This document shows positions 45,844 to 56,245 of a stretch of 64,000 nt of DNA, piece by piece. Each line of letters opens with the position of its first letter. Within the stretch, counting starts at the first letter, position 1. Under the pieces are notes generated by a model. It saw only the letters and a program-made list of their open reading frames with translations, was not told the DNA's origin and did not search any database. Source of the DNA: Smithellaceae bacterium (GTDB lineage: Bacteria > Desulfobacterota > Syntrophia > Syntrophales > Smithellaceae); the NCBI GenBank assembly GCA_963667845.2, contig CAXXVL010000002.1:2848001-2912000 (forward strand). The letters are read 5' to 3'. The position numbers and the translations under genes were made by a program.

Positions 45844-47912
45844 TCGGCTTTTTCAGCCGTCTCCGGGTGATTGTCGCCCTCATGGTGATTATTGCGCTGG
45901 GGATTACAGCCGCGGCGTTTATGGGCATTACGCGGCGGGAAGTAACGGATAGCATGCTTATCCGCGGTGATGCCGAGGCCAGAAATATCATGCGGGTGGT
46001 TGTGCTCGATTTGGCCAACCAGGCGGCCGGTCTGGAATCCTTCCGGAACTATGCCCGCGAGCGGCATGAACAGCAGCTCCGCAATCTTGTCTCGATCGTG
46101 GTTTCCGAAGTTGATTTCTTTTACGATCTGCATAAGCGGGGTGTTCTAACGGAGGAACAGGCGCAAAGGTCTGCGCTGGCCGCTGTGGAAAAGGCCCGCT
46201 ATGGCCAAAACGATTATTTCTTTATTTATGACCGCGATAATATCGCCATTTCTCATGCCGATCCACGGATCCGTGGACGGGATATGTCCGAAAGCAGGGA
46301 TATACAAGGACGTCCCATTGCAAAAACCATGTGGCAGATGACCCGGACAAAGCAAGACGGCTTCCTCACGCTCGCATGGTTTCGCCTGGGAGAGAAAAAA
46401 ACCGTGCCGAAGCTTGTCTATTTTTATCACTATCCGAAATGGGACTGGTTGATCGGGACCGGGGTCTATATCGACGACATCGACCGGGATGTAGAAAAGA
46501 AAATGGCCGAAATCATGGACGTCCTCAAACGAACCTTTGACCAGGTGCGTGTTTCGGAAACCGGTTATTTTGCATTATTCGACGGTTCAGGGAAGATTCT
46601 CATTCATCCTTCTCTGGCGAACACCGAAGGGGCCTTATTGAAGGACCCCGTTACGGGTAAGGATCATATCCAGGACCTGATGGCCGCTTCCGGAAATCCG
46701 GATGTGCCGCTAAAATATTTATGGGATAAACCGGATCGTCCCGGAGATTACCGGTTCTGGAAATATTCCCACGTTGAGCATTTTGCTCCTTTCAACTGGT
46801 ATCTTTCCTCATCGGTGTATCAGGATGAAATGGAAAAACCAGCCCAGAAGATCATCAAACGCCAGACCATTTATGTTGTTGTCATCGTGTTGCTGGCCAT
46901 GGCCGGTGTTTATCTGCTCCTTTCCCGGGTTACGTCTCCGCTGTCAAGGCTGGCCCGGCATGCCGACGTGCTGCGTAAAAACGATTTTAACCTGTCCGAC
47001 GAGGGAAAAAAGGAATTGCTCCTCATCCGCTTCCCCAGGGAAGTGGGCCATCTGGCCAGAACCTTCTGGAATATGGAACGGCGTCTGGATGAATATTTAA
47101 AGAATCTTCAGGAGACAACGGCGGCCCGGGAAAAGATGGCGAGCGAACTGCGTATCGCGCGGGACATCCAGATGAGCATGCTGCCGGATCAAAAGGATGT
47201 CATGAAGGGCAGGACGGAGATTGATCTGGCGGCGGTACTGGAGCCGGCGAGGGAAGTCGGAGGCGATCTTTATGATTTTTTCTTTCTCGATCGTGATCGC
47301 TTCTGCTTTATGGTAGGAGATGTGTCCGACAAAGGCGTACCGGCCGCATTGTTTATGGCCCGCAGCAAAGCATTTCTCCGGAGCGCCGCTCAGGAGGCCG
47401 CGGGCGACCCCGGACTGATCCTGCAAAAGGCCAACGCAGAGCTGGTGAATGACAACAGCATGCTGATGTTCATTACAGTCTTCCTGGCAATCCTGGATGT
47501 TCGAACGGGAGATTTGACATACAGTAATGCCGGACATGTGCCTCCCGTTCTGATCGGGGCCGACGGCCATGCCCAATCCATCTCACTGCCTCCCGGGAAG
47601 CCGCTTGGCGTCACAAGACGAGGCGGATTCGAGACCGGACATCGCCGGTTGCTGCCGGGCGACTGCCTTTTGGTATTTACGGACGGTGTTACGGAGGCGG
47701 AAAGTAAGACCGACGGCTTTTACGGCACGGAAAGACTGCTGTTGCTTCTTTCCACCTTATCAGCGGATGCCGGGGCAAAGCGTGTCGTGGAGACAATATT
47801 GTCGGGGATCAAAGACTTTTGCAAAGGCGAGCATCAGTATGATGACATAGCGATAATTTGTGTTCGCTATGAGGGTGCTGCGGATTCATTGCAGGATTCC
47901 GAAGAGTCCTGA
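45813..47912 (+). CDS. Cache-HAMP-SpoIIE (PP2C) sensor phosphatase
   Basis: Two Cache-like sensor domains between TM helices; VGGDLYD, GDVSDKG, NAGH, TDGVTE, DDI; start uncertain. Confidence 0.9.
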   Translation: MPSPSPFQSLIGFFSRLRVIVALMVIIALGITAAAFMGITRREVTDSMLIRGDAEARNIMRVVVLDLANQAAGLESFRNYARERHEQQLRNLVSIVVSEVDFFYDLHKRGVLTEEQAQRSALAAVEKARYGQNDYFFIYDRDNIAISHADPRIRGRDMSESRDIQGRPIAKTMWQMTRTKQDGFLTLAWFRLGEKKTVPKLVYFYHYPKWDWLIGTGVYIDDIDRDVEKKMAEIMDVLKRTFDQVRVSETGYFALFDGSGKILIHPSLANTEGALLKDPVTGKDHIQDLMAASGNPDVPLKYLWDKPDRPGDYRFWKYSHVEHFAPFNWYLSSSVYQDEMEKPAQKIIKRQTIYVVVIVLLAMAGVYLLLSRVTSPLSRLARHADVLRKNDFNLSDEGKKELLLIRFPREVGHLARTFWNMERRLDEYLKNLQETTAAREKMASELRIARDIQMSMLPDQKDVMKGRTEIDLAAVLEPAREVGGDLYDFFFLDRDRFCFMVGDVSDKGVPAALFMARSKAFLRSAAQEAAGDPGLILQKANAELVNDNSMLMFITVFLAILDVRTGDLTYSNAGHVPPVLIGADGHAQSISLPPGKPLGVTRRGGFETGHRRLLPGDCLLVFTDGVTEAESKTDGFYGTERLLLLLSTLSADAGAKRVVETILSGIKDFCKGEHQYDDIAIICVRYEGAADSLQDSEES

Positions 47913-47940
47913 TAAAAGGTATGAAGAAGGGAACATTTAC

Positions 47941-48270
47941 ATGGAAATTTTTGAAAGTAAAAAGGGAGATTGGCTGATTCTTGAGCTGAAAGGGCGTATG
48001 GATGCCATCACCGCGCCGGTGGTCCGGGAAAAAGTTCTTTTCGTCATCGGTCAGGGAGAAAAAATGCTTCTGCTGGATTGCCTGGGACTCGAATATGTGA
48101 GTAGCGCCGGGATCAGGGTCCTGTTTGAAGCCGCCTTTAAAGTTCAGGATCAAAAAGGCAAAATTTACTGTTACGGGGTTAATATCAGTGTAAGGAATAT
48201 TTTTAATCTGGTTGATATTGAATCGGAAATTCCTGTCTTTATGACTCAGGAAGAGGCGTTAAACGGCTGA
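47941..48270 (+). CDS. STAS-domain anti-sigma-factor antagonist
   Basis: LKGRMDA, LEYVSSAGIRVL. Confidence 0.9.
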   Translation: MEIFESKKGDWLILELKGRMDAITAPVVREKVLFVIGQGEKMLLLDCLGLEYVSSAGIRVLFEAAFKVQDQKGKIYCYGVNISVRNIFNLVDIESEIPVFMTQEEALNG

Positions 48271-48631
48271 TCTTAGGTAAGTCAATTCGCTGCCTGTTTA
48301 AATAAAGATACCGATATGCATGATTGTTACTTTATGAACGAGTAAACCTAGATCTTGATTATTAGCCGTCTTCAGTAAACCTTCAGAAAAATCATTTTCT
48401 TGTTAACCGCAAATAATTCTTTTCCACATTTCGTTTAAGCGTTTGAACATTTCATTGAAAGAAACGTTCTGAAAGAAGATTTGGGGGTCTTAACAGCCGG
48501 CGGGGCAATCGATAAATACCGTTATATAACATGATGTTATATATATATTTCGGGTGTGGTTGAATTCTGGCACGGACTTTTCATTAGAATAAAGGCAAAT
48601 AGACAGACACCCCTCAAGGAGGTAACAGATC

Positions 48632-48907
48632 ATGAAAAAGACATTAGGAACCATCGTAGCGGCGGCGGCAGTAGTTCTTTTAACGGCAACCTTTGGATTT
48701 GCAGAATATGCGGCAGCGGGAGCGACCAATTTCCCGTATTTCCAGCTGGGCTGCCTGATTGTGGGCGGATTGATTTTAGTCAGCCTGAAGAGGAAGTATA
48801 ACAAGATGTACACAGCAGAAGTTGTCGGCGCCTTCGCTCTTTACACCATTCTGATGGCGCTCTTTACCAACCCGGTTATTGATGCAGTGAAAAACATGAT
48901 GACCTGA
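48632..48907 (+). CDS. Small membrane protein
   Basis: AGGAGG RBS, three hydrophobic segments. Confidence 0.7.
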   Translation: MKKTLGTIVAAAAVVLLTATFGFAEYAAAGATNFPYFQLGCLIVGGLILVSLKRKYNKMYTAEVVGAFALYTILMALFTNPVIDAVKNMMT

Positions 48908-48960
48908 TAGGTGGAAGTTACGAAGACGCAGAGAGAATTTAAGGAAGGAGGATTAAGATC

Positions 48961-49200
48961 ATGATCGCGACACAGAGAATAAACCAGAAGCAGTATCAGG
49001 GTTTCACCGGTGTGATGATGATATCGGCCTGGGGCCTGGCGATGGTGATTGCATCTTTCCTGTTCCTCTATATCGGTCACCTTCTGGATGAGAAACTGGG
49101 AACCGCACCGAATTTCATGCTGGGCTTGTTCATGCTGGCGATCTTCATCTGCGTCATGAGACTCTATCAGGAAGCAAAGAAACGAATGAAGGATTTGTAG
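48961..49200 (+). CDS. AtpZ/AtpI-family small membrane protein
   Basis: G..LDEKLGTAP.F.LG motif between two TM helices. Confidence 0.75.
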   Translation: MIATQRINQKQYQGFTGVMMISAWGLAMVIASFLFLYIGHLLDEKLGTAPNFMLGLFMLAIFICVMRLYQEAKKRMKDL

Positions 49201-49238
49201 TAGCCGCTACACCAAAAACATGATCTGTCTATATAACG

Positions 49239-49273
49239 AGCCCCCTCAGGTCATCCGACTGAGGGGGCTTTTT
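49239..49273 (+). terminator. Intrinsic terminator
   Basis: AGCCCCCTCAG/CTGAGGGGGCT plus TTTT. Confidence 0.8.
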
Positions 49274-49517
49274 AGTGCAATCGGTTTGGGAACCGGAGCC
49301 ATTCCGATCTTAATGCAGAATACCGGTTTGCTTTGCAGCAGGATATTTCATACCGTGCGTGCTTTATGGACGTCACAGATCTCACTTGGGATCAGACGAG
49401 GCGAATCCTCCACTTTTTGCGAAGAATACTCCGGAAAATAATTTTTATAGAGAAACAAGAATGGAGAATATCTTCTTGACAAATTGGGGAACACTCTGCT
49501 AGGGTCACCCCACGCTT

Positions 49518-49596
49518 GGATCCGAAAGGACTGAGACGGCAGGGAATCTTAGAAGGAATATTAAGCCTCTCGTCTTGCAGCGGGGGGCTTTTTTTT
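49518..49596 (+). promoter_or_regulatory. Probable pan RNA motif / attenuator in the panCD leader
   Basis: AGACGGCAGG can pair with CCTCTCGTCT, which overlaps terminator AAGCCTCTCG/CGGGGGGCTT-T tract; TTGACA at 49476. Confidence 0.65.
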
Positions 49597-49604
49597 ATGG
49601 GAAA

Positions 49605-50462
49605 ATGAGAGTTATAGAATCCATCAGAGAAATGCAGACTCACTGTGAAAGCCTAAGGCTCGCAGGTAAAAGTATATCATTTGTTCCGACCATGGGTTAT
49701 TTTCATGAGGGCCATTTGTCCCTGATGAAAAAGGCCCGCGAGACGGCGGATCATGTTGTTGTCAGTATCTATGTCAATCCTACCCAGTTCGGACCCAAAG
49801 AAGATTTTTCCAAATATCCGCGTGATTTTGACCGAGATGCGCAAATGGCGGCAGGAATCGGAGTTGATGTTATCTTTTTCCCGCCGAATCAGGAAATGTA
49901 TCCCGATGGATATCAAACGTATGTTGATGTGGAGAAAGTAACACAAAACTTATGCGGCATATCCCGGCCGGGACATTTCCGCGGTGTCACGACAATCTGC
50001 TGTAAGCTATTTAACATTGTCAAACCTCACACGGCCATTTTCGGGAAGAAAGATTTTCAGCAGTTGGCGGCGATCAAACGCATGGTCGGTGATCTGAATC
50101 TCGATCTGGAGATTATCGGGATGCCGACGTTTCGCGAGCCCGATGGGCTGGCGATGAGTTCGCGGAATGTTTATCTCAGTAAAGAAGAACGGTCATCGGC
50201 TCTTTCACTTGTGAACTCGCTCAAAGGGGCGCAAAAACTTTACGCCGAAGGTGAAAGAAATGCAGCGGTGATGATCAAGCAGGCCCAAAGGCTTATTCAG
50301 AGCGCCCGATTTACCGAGATCGATTACATTAAAATATGCGATGCGGCTACAGTGGAAGATGTGCAGGAAATCACAAGAGAGGCTGTGATGGCTTTGGCCG
50401 TGAAGGTTGGGAAAACGAGACTGATTGATAATTCCGTTTTGGGTGAAGGACTTAAAGCGTAA
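49605..50462 (+). CDS. panC: Pantoate--beta-alanine ligase
   Basis: [42 protein letters not shown]. Confidence 0.96.
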   Translation: MRVIESIREMQTHCESLRLAGKSISFVPTMGYFHEGHLSLMKKARETADHVVVSIYVNPTQFGPKEDFSKYPRDFDRDAQMAAGIGVDVIFFPPNQEMYPDGYQTYVDVEKVTQNLCGISRPGHFRGVTTICCKLFNIVKPHTAIFGKKDFQQLAAIKRMVGDLNLDLEIIGMPTFREPDGLAMSSRNVYLSKEERSSALSLVNSLKGAQKLYAEGERNAAVMIKQAQRLIQSARFTEIDYIKICDAATVEDVQEITREAVMALAVKVGKTRLIDNSVLGEGLKA

Positions 50463-50490
50463 ATTTCTTAGACAGGAGAACACAAATACA

Positions 50491-50850
50491 ATGCAAAGAT
50501 TTATGATGAAATCTAAAATCCATCGTGCCACGGTCACAGACGCCGATTTGCATTACGAAGGCAGCATTTCAATTGACGAAAAGCTTCTGGAAGAAGCCAA
50601 TATGGTGCCTTATGAAAAAGTCGAAATTTATGATGTGGATAATGGTGCTCGTTTTTCCACTTACATCATTAAAGGGAAACGCAATTCGGGAACCATTTGT
50701 CTCAACGGCGCTGCCGCCCGCATGGTGGCAAAAGGCGACTTAATCATTATTGCCACTTACGTGACTGTGGAAGATGACGAAGCCAAAAAATGGAAACCAA
50801 TATGCATTCTCGTAGACGGCAAAAATAAGATTAAAAAAGTTTCCAAATAA
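50491..50850 (+). CDS. panD: Aspartate 1-decarboxylase
   Basis: [18 protein letters not shown] cleavage site, [15 protein letters not shown]. Confidence 0.96.
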   Translation: MQRFMMKSKIHRATVTDADLHYEGSISIDEKLLEEANMVPYEKVEIYDVDNGARFSTYIIKGKRNSGTICLNGAAARMVAKGDLIIIATYVTVEDDEAKKWKPICILVDGKNKIKKVSK

Positions 50851-50867
50851 CTTTAATCAAACAGATC

Positions 50868-50904
50868 AAAGCACTCCTTTCTTCTTGATAGGGGTGCTTT
50901 TTTT
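50868..50904 (+). terminator. Intrinsic terminator after panD
   Basis: AAAGCACTCCT/AGGGGTGCTTT plus T tract. Confidence 0.75.
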
Positions 50905-51005
50905 ATTTTGCAGAGGAAATTGACACAAAGCTATTGAACTCACCTTGGGGGTATGCTATCGATATTTCGCAAGAACGGGCTTACATTTTAATGCATGGAG
51001 GAGAT

Positions 51006-52430
51006 ATGACTTTTCGGGAAATTGATAAAAATATGAAATATAAAGTGGCGGATTTGTCTTTGGCTGCCTGGGGAAGAAAAGAAATGGACCTGGCGGAAAA
51101 CGAAATGCCGGGACTTATGGCCGTGCGCAAAAAATACGGACGCAAAAAGCCGCTGGCGGGTTTGAAGATCATGGGCAGCCTGCACATGACCATTCAGACA
51201 GCCATGCTGATTGAAACGCTCAAAGTATTAGGGGCTGATCTGCGATGGGCATCCTGCAACATTTTTTCAACCCAGGATCATGCGGCCGCAGCGATCGCGG
51301 AAGCGGGCAGTGCGGCGGTTTTTGCCTGGAAGGGAGAGACCCTGGACGAATATTGGTGGTGCACGGAGCAGGCGCTGACCTGGCCGGATGGTTCGGGTCC
51401 CGATTTGATCGTGGACGACGGCGGTGACGCCACTTTATTTATTCATCATGGCGTCAAAATTGAAAAGAACCCGCAATTACTCAAGCAGAAAGTTGACAAT
51501 AAGGAATTTGCCATTGTCGTTTCACGTTTGGAGCAATCTTATAAGAAAAATCCGCAACGCTGGCAGAAAGTGGCCGCCGGAATCCGGGGCGTGTCCGAAG
51601 AAACGACAACCGGTGTTCATCGTCTTTATCAAATGCAGGCGGCGGGTGAACTCCTGTTTCCGGCAATCAATGTGAATGACTCCGTCACGAAGTCGAAATT
51701 TGATAATCTTTATGGTTGCCGGGAGTCGCTGGCCGACGGTATTAAGAGAGCGACGGATATCATGATCGCGGGGAAAATGGTTGTTGTTTGCGGTTACGGT
51801 GATGTGGGCAAAGGCAGCGCGCAGTCCATGCGCGGATTCGGTGCCCGCGTGGTGGTAACGGAAATTGATCCGATCTGCGCCCTGCAGGCGGCGATGGAAG
51901 GTTATGAAGTAAAAACGCTGGAGGAAGTCGCGCCGGTAGCGGACATCTTCGTGACCGCAACCGGCTGCTGCGATGTCATTACCGGCAAGCACATGGAGAT
52001 GATGAAGGATGAAGCCATTGTCTGTAATATCGGTCATTTCGACAGCGAAATCGATATGCATTACCTGGAAACGAGTAAGGCCTGTCGTAAAGAGACCATC
52101 AAACCCCAGGTCGATAAATGGAAGCTGAAATCAGGTCGTTCAATCATTGTCTTGGCAGAAGGACGCCTGGTCAATCTGGGATGTGCAACGGGACATCCGA
52201 GCTTTGTCATGAGCAATAGCTTTACGAATCAGACGTTGGCGCAGATTGAACTTGCCTGTCGGAAATATGATGTTGGTGTTTATACGCTGCCCAAGAAACT
52301 GGACGAAGAAGTCGCACTGCTTCATCTGGGCAGGCTCGATGCCCGGATTTCGAAACTTACGAAAAAGCAGGCGCAATATCTCGGCGTAGCGGTGGACGGG
52401 CCTTTTAAACCCGACTATTACAGATATTAA
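51006..52430 (+). CDS. ahcY: S-adenosyl-L-homocysteine hydrolase
   Basis: [45 protein letters not shown]. Confidence 0.97.
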   Translation: MTFREIDKNMKYKVADLSLAAWGRKEMDLAENEMPGLMAVRKKYGRKKPLAGLKIMGSLHMTIQTAMLIETLKVLGADLRWASCNIFSTQDHAAAAIAEAGSAAVFAWKGETLDEYWWCTEQALTWPDGSGPDLIVDDGGDATLFIHHGVKIEKNPQLLKQKVDNKEFAIVVSRLEQSYKKNPQRWQKVAAGIRGVSEETTTGVHRLYQMQAAGELLFPAINVNDSVTKSKFDNLYGCRESLADGIKRATDIMIAGKMVVVCGYGDVGKGSAQSMRGFGARVVVTEIDPICALQAAMEGYEVKTLEEVAPVADIFVTATGCCDVITGKHMEMMKDEAIVCNIGHFDSEIDMHYLETSKACRKETIKPQVDKWKLKSGRSIIVLAEGRLVNLGCATGHPSFVMSNSFTNQTLAQIELACRKYDVGVYTLPKKLDEEVALLHLGRLDARISKLTKKQAQYLGVAVDGPFKPDYYRY

Positions 52431-52442
52431 TTCTTACCGAAT

Positions 52443-52476
52443 CGATGCGTCCTCCGGAAACACGGGGGATGCATCG
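52443..52476. terminator. Hairpin between convergent ahcY and lptG
   Basis: CGATGCGTCCTCCG/CGGGGGATGCATCG. Confidence 0.6.
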
Positions 52477-52580
52477 TCTTATTTAATCCCGTACACGCGA
52501 GACGAGCGTTAATTCTCCGCAGCTTGCTGCGCAATAATCACGTTCATTTCGTACCTCGACAGCTTTGCGGCGTGGTTGAT

Positions 52581-53660
52581 TCAAGTTCTTATCCGGTAAA
52601 ACAGGAAAGCGGCGAGACTGCCGAAGAGGATGTTCGACGTCCAGGCTGCAACGATAACAGGCAGGATTCCTGATCTGCCCAGAGACATGCAAAAGGCATG
52701 GACAATCCAATAAGAGAACCCGATAAATATTCCAATCGCTACACTCTGCATCACGCCCCCGGCCCTTTCGGAACGGACGGAAAAAGACATGCCGATGAAA
52801 ACGAGAATCAGGCAGACGAAGGGAAAGGCGATTTTGCCGTACAAATCGACCCTGTATTTTGAAACGTCATATCCTTCGGCCTGTATTTTCTTCACATAGC
52901 GCCGTAATTCAAAATAGCCCATTTTTTCCGCGTCTTTCTGGATGATTTTGAAATCGTTCGGCTGCTCCGGGATGGAGATGACTTTTTGTTTGGACCATGC
53001 CAGTTGCGGGGCATTTTCGCTATTGAAAGTCGTATCGAGCAGGTTAAAAAAGACCCAGTGATTATTCTTCCATTCCGCACGTTCCGCATCAATCCGCTCT
53101 TTCAGCGTAAAATCGGAGTTTAACAAATTGATCGTTATGCCGCGTAAGATATTTTTCTCGACGTCGAATAATTTGAAATTATAAATCGCATTATGGCTGC
53201 GGTACCAGATTTCGTTTTGTTTGAAAAACCCGAGTGTCTTTTGTTTTTGCACGTCCACTTTGACAATATATTCCGTTTTCTGGATGGAGGCCGGCGTGAC
53301 CATTTCTGTGAAGAAAAACAAGAAAACAGAGACAACTGCCGCCACGGCTAAAGCCGGAATGGCGATGCGGTATAGACTTACACCATTAGCCTTCATCGCT
53401 GTAATTTCGCTGAATTTCGACAAGAAACTATACGTCAGCAATGTCGACAACAGAATGGCCGCAGGGAGAATCATGGAAATGATGAACGGAATAGAATACA
53501 AGAAGTAAGACGCCATTTGAGCGGCAGTCGCTTTATTGCTCATGAACATGCGCGATTTTTCAAAAAAATCAATGATGACATAAAGGGCGATGAACGTGAT
53601 GCATGTGATGAGGAAAAACCTCAAAAATTCTCTAAGGATATATTTGTCCAGCAGTTTCAA
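52581..53660 (-). CDS. lptG: LPS export ABC transporter permease LptG
   Basis: LDKYILREF, SEITAMKANGVS, 3+3 TM layout, paired with lptF. Confidence 0.9.
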   Translation of the reverse strand: MKLLDKYILREFLRFFLITCITFIALYVIIDFFEKSRMFMSNKATAAQMASYFLYSIPFIISMILPAAILLSTLLTYSFLSKFSEITAMKANGVSLYRIAIPALAVAAVVSVFLFFFTEMVTPASIQKTEYIVKVDVQKQKTLGFFKQNEIWYRSHNAIYNFKLFDVEKNILRGITINLLNSDFTLKERIDAERAEWKNNHWVFFNLLDTTFNSENAPQLAWSKQKVISIPEQPNDFKIIQKDAEKMGYFELRRYVKKIQAEGYDVSKYRVDLYGKIAFPFVCLILVFIGMSFSVRSERAGGVMQSVAIGIFIGFSYWIVHAFCMSLGRSGILPVIVAAWTSNILFGSLAAFLFYRIRT

Positions 53661-53670
53661 TGGGTCACCC

Positions 53671-54828
53671 TCAAATCTTTACCTTTTTGGGCCAAAAACG
53701 GTGGTAGATAATTTGAAAAAGAGAAATTTCTTTATTGGCCATATAAAAAAGATAAATGCCAAGTAGAGCAAAAAACAAATTTGGCGCCCAGACGCCGATG
53801 ACGGGAGAAAGCCCGCCTGTTTCCACCAGCGCTTCTCCTCCGATACGCAGAAGATAATAAGTCGCGACGATCATGATACCGACTGCAAATCCTCTCGATT
53901 TAACCGCGCGATGGCTTGTAATACCCAGGGGCAGAGCCAGGAGCCCGAAGAAAAGACACGACAGAGGGATAGAAAACTTTTTGTGGACTTCGATGGCCAG
54001 CTCGCGCACGGCAGCACCGTCCAGCCCGGGTTTCTTCATACGTTCCAGGAGCTCCGTCATGGTCATTTCCGTACTGGACTTATTTTCATCGGTAAATGCC
54101 GCCAGGGTTGTCGATAGATCCAGATTAACGTCATAGCTTTTGAAGTCGACTTTCCGGTAATGTTTCAGATCAGAACTCACGGTATGGATCGAGCCGCTTT
54201 CCAAACGCAGTTTAACAATCATCAGTTTGGGATCGGCGACCAGATAGGCTTTCTTGGCCAGAATGGTATTTTGTTCCCCCAGGATGCGGCTGTCCGAGAT
54301 GAGAACCCCTTCCATGTATTCGCCGTCGGCGGGAATTTTGTCAGCGTACAAAAGAAGACCTTTGAAATCCGCATTAAATACTTTTTCTTTAATCCCGATG
54401 CTGGCATTTTGCGAGGCCAGTTCAAAGAGGAGTTTCTTGGTCGCAAAGTTGCTCTGAGGCACGAGAAAATATCCGATCACAATGGCGCAAACAAAAGCCA
54501 GCAGGGAGGCGATGGCCACGGGATAATAGATCTGAAGCAAACTGACACCCGATGCCTTGAGTGCTGTGATTTCGTTGTCTGCGGAGAATCTGCCCATCGC
54601 AATGAGGATGGAAACCAGAAGTGCGATCGGAATGGTAAATAACAAAAAATTGGGCATGATGAGGACGATCAGATGAACGATATCCCAAACACGGATACCT
54701 TTGTTGACCATCAGATCCATAATCTGGAGAATCTTTCCCATCAGCAAGACGAAGGTCAGAACAAAGAGGATGAGAAAAAAAGGGAAAGCAATCTCCCGAA
54801 ATATATAGCGGTTGATAATTTTATTCAT
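53671..54828 (-). CDS. lptF: LPS export ABC transporter permease LptF
   Basis: INRYIFREI, GRFSADNEITALKASGVS. Confidence 0.9.
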   Translation of the reverse strand: MNKIINRYIFREIAFPFFLILFVLTFVLLMGKILQIMDLMVNKGIRVWDIVHLIVLIMPNFLLFTIPIALLVSILIAMGRFSADNEITALKASGVSLLQIYYPVAIASLLAFVCAIVIGYFLVPQSNFATKKLLFELASQNASIGIKEKVFNADFKGLLLYADKIPADGEYMEGVLISDSRILGEQNTILAKKAYLVADPKLMIVKLRLESGSIHTVSSDLKHYRKVDFKSYDVNLDLSTTLAAFTDENKSSTEMTMTELLERMKKPGLDGAAVRELAIEVHKKFSIPLSCLFFGLLALPLGITSHRAVKSRGFAVGIMIVATYYLLRIGGEALVETGGLSPVIGVWAPNLFFALLGIYLFYMANKEISLFQIIYHRFWPKKVKI

Positions 54829-55015
54829 ATCGTTAATCAATCAATTTTCTAAAAACTATCATGTATCGATGAATTTGCACAAGCAAAACATGAGACCTTC
54901 ACAAAACAGATTGCTTATGTCTGCTTGTATTGTTTTGTTGACAGTCGAATACATTTTGCCTATATTCCTGTCACATTTTTAATGACTTGCCTGTTGAAGA
55001 AGGGATTAACACACT

Positions 55016-56245
55016 ATGAAAGTTGATACCATGCGCCGGATCGATTATTATGTTGGCGTCCCCCTTTGTTTCATCGGCACCGCGCTCGTCAAGCTATCCC
55101 GGATGTTCCTGAAAGCTGATCGTAAGGCGGCGCGCAACGTTTTATTTGTTGAACTGTCGGAAATGGGCAGCGCCATTCTAGTAGACCCGGCCATGAGAAA
55201 GCTCGCCCGGGAAACGGGCGCAAATCTCCATTTTGCTATTTTCAAAAAAAACAAGCCTAGTCTGGAATTACTGAAAACCGTGCCTGATGAAAACATCTAT
55301 ACGATCCGCGAAAACGGGATGCTTTTTTTTGTTATCGACACGTTGAAATTCTTCCTATGGACGCGAAGAAGAAAGATCGATGCCGTGATCGATCTGGAGC
55401 TGTTTTCGCGCTTTACGGCTCTGTTGACGGGGTTTTCCGGGGCTCGGGCAAAAGTCGGTTTCCACGCCTATTATAATGAAGGCCTGTATCGCGGAGGGTT
55501 TTTGACCCATAAAGTGGCCTACAATCCCCATATCCACATTGCCGCTAATTTTATTGCTTTGGTCAATGCCCTGAAATCGGAAAAAGAAGAAATTCCGTAT
55601 TCGAAGACAAAGATTTCCAATGAGGATCTTGTTCTGGCTAAAACTTCCGTATCACGCGCTGAGCAGGAATCCATGATCAAGATCATCGGGGATTGTTTTG
55701 CCGGCTTTGATCCGCGAAAGCAAAAAATAATCCTGATCAACCCCAATGCCAGCGAACTGTTGATTCAGAGACGCTGGCCGCCGTCTTATTATGTCCGGCT
55801 GATTAAGATGATTCTGGATAAAAGCCCGCAGGCGCTTGTTTTGATAACCGGAGATCCGCGGGAACGCGAAGAGGCCCAGCATCTGAAAGAGCAGGTGGAC
55901 AACAACCGATGCGTTAATTTTGCGGGGAAAGTCAACTTTGCGCAATTGCCCTCCCTTTACAGCGTCTCAGAATTTATGGTGACGAATGATTCCGGCCCGG
56001 GGCACTTTGCTGCGGTAACCGATATGCCGACCTTTGTTATATTCGGTCCGGAAACGCCTGCGCTTTATGGATCTCTGGGCAGGACAACGCCCATTTTCGC
56101 GGGGCTTGCCTGTTCCCCGTGCGTCAGTGCGTCCAACCATCGCAAAACAGCCTGTAAAGACAATGTTTGTCTTCAGGTGATCGAACCATCATTCGTATTC
56201 GAGACAATCACGTCCAACCTGGAGCGGATCAATGCCCAGAGCTGA
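55016..56245 (+). CDS. Glycosyltransferase family 9 (heptosyltransferase-like)
   Basis: RRWP, VTNDSGPGHFA, FGPE, CSPC. Confidence 0.88.
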   Translation: MKVDTMRRIDYYVGVPLCFIGTALVKLSRMFLKADRKAARNVLFVELSEMGSAILVDPAMRKLARETGANLHFAIFKKNKPSLELLKTVPDENIYTIRENGMLFFVIDTLKFFLWTRRRKIDAVIDLELFSRFTALLTGFSGARAKVGFHAYYNEGLYRGGFLTHKVAYNPHIHIAANFIALVNALKSEKEEIPYSKTKISNEDLVLAKTSVSRAEQESMIKIIGDCFAGFDPRKQKIILINPNASELLIQRRWPPSYYVRLIKMILDKSPQALVLITGDPREREEAQHLKEQVDNNRCVNFAGKVNFAQLPSLYSVSEFMVTNDSGPGHFAAVTDMPTFVIFGPETPALYGSLGRTTPIFAGLACSPCVSASNHRKTACKDNVCLQVIEPSFVFETITSNLERINAQS

